Positions 63,085-64,000 of a stretch of 64,000 bases of DNA are shown in pieces. The translations under genes and the position numbers were made by a program. Source of the stretch: Raillietiella orientalis. Lineage: Eukaryota. The notes beneath the pieces were generated by a model. That model did no database searches, was not told the origin of the DNA, and saw only the letters and a list, made by a program, of their open reading frames with translations. Position 1 is the first letter of the stretch. Each line of letters begins with the position of its first letter. The DNA lies in contig JAYWIR010000073.1 in assembly GCA_036172245.1 (NCBI GenBank), positions 186,001-250,000 of the forward strand. Reading direction: 5' to 3'.

Positions 63085-63356
63085 TTACAAAAGAAGAGTT
63101 GGATGTGAGTAGGTTTCGAGTTCCCTTGCGAGATAACCCTGAGGATAGTTCGGTCTTCGGGTGTGAAATGGTAGGAAGCTGATAATCGCGTTCGCAATCG
63201 GATGCCCTGTTGACTAGTCGGGAGTTAGGAGTGAACCCTAACTCTCGGCCAGGGATCAGGAGCTGTCTCTCCCTGCTTCACGCGTATCTTGGGTGCGTGA
63301 CAATGGAAGAGTCTCCATGTGGATGTGCTGTCGAGTTGCTCTGGTGCCCCTAGGGG

Positions 63357-64000
63357 ATGAAGCAGGGACCATATCGAAGTCTAGGACTACAACGGAGACA
63401 GTTAGGTGAAAACTGCCCAATACCCCACCAACGCAGCGTGAAATACCGCTGCAGGGCGGATCTTCCCCAGAGTGGAGTGTGGAACGGGAGCACTGCTTCA
63501 AAGAAAAAAAAGGTGGCCGGGAGCGTGGAGATTGACAGAGGACGAGTGGCGGAGACAGCGGCGACAGCAAGTAAGGCGTTGCTGTGGGCTTCCGTGGCAA
63601 CCACGGAGTGAAGCGTTATTTCAGGAAACAAAATTGCGCTCGAAGATGGTTCGCTAGGGGACTTCGGCTGCCAAGTCACCTTCTACATGGGTCCCCTGAA
63701 GGATAGCGCGACTCGAGACATCTCTCTCCCAATCCTCCGGAAAAAAAAATCATTAGATTTGAATGCATCAAGGCGATCGTGCCACTTGTCGGAGTATTCT
63801 GCGTATATGCGGACAACCTGGACGTCAATGACGATCTCTTTGACTACGGGCTGCTCCTGAACGGCAGAATGCTCGACGGAATATCCGAAGTTATAGCAAC
63901 AACCGTGCACCGGTCCGGGCTGGAAGTCAGAACGGACAAACGCACAAGAAGATATTTGGGGCAGAACGGAGAAATCGTCCTCCCGCACGAAAAAAGTGTA
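63357..64000 (+). pseudogene. Disrupted coding remnant of unknown family, running off the window end
   Basis: Frame reads ..KVAGSVEIDRGRVAETAATASKALLWASVATTE*SVISGNKIALEDGSLGDFGCQVTFYMGPLKDSATRDISLPILRKK. It then shifts at an A9 run (63741-63749) into IIRFECIKAIVPLVGVFCVYADNLDVNDDLFDYGLLLNGRMLDGISEVIATTVHRSGLEVRTDKRTRRYLGQNGEIVLPHEKSV, open to 64000. Confidence 0.4.

Overview
GC-rich eukaryotic genomic DNA, animal and probably arthropod (inferred from TCAGT initiators and the gene families present). It is not prokaryotic, and most entries in the ORF track are spurious. Four spliced protein-coding genes can be assembled by hand with intact reading frames: an LZTS/Fez1-family gene (+, 25277-30120), a CCDC172-like coiled-coil gene (+, 37326-40267), and a head-to-head pair of aldo-keto reductase (AKR1-like) paralogs (-, 51417-41666; +, 52976-56224) with identical intron positions. 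One AKR intron requires a GC donor. The remainder is intergenic or intronic DNA with several mobile elements: a tRNA-derived SINE-like family (at least 5 copies), a palindromic mariner derivative built from two 3' halves, an internal R2-superfamily RT fragment bracketed by 31-bp direct repeats, two AT-rich foldback MITEs and a GC-rich foldback. There are also three decayed coding remnants and candidate Exd/Hox enhancer clusters. I found no rRNA, CRISPR array or intact transposase. All family assignments rest on recalled motifs, not on database searches.
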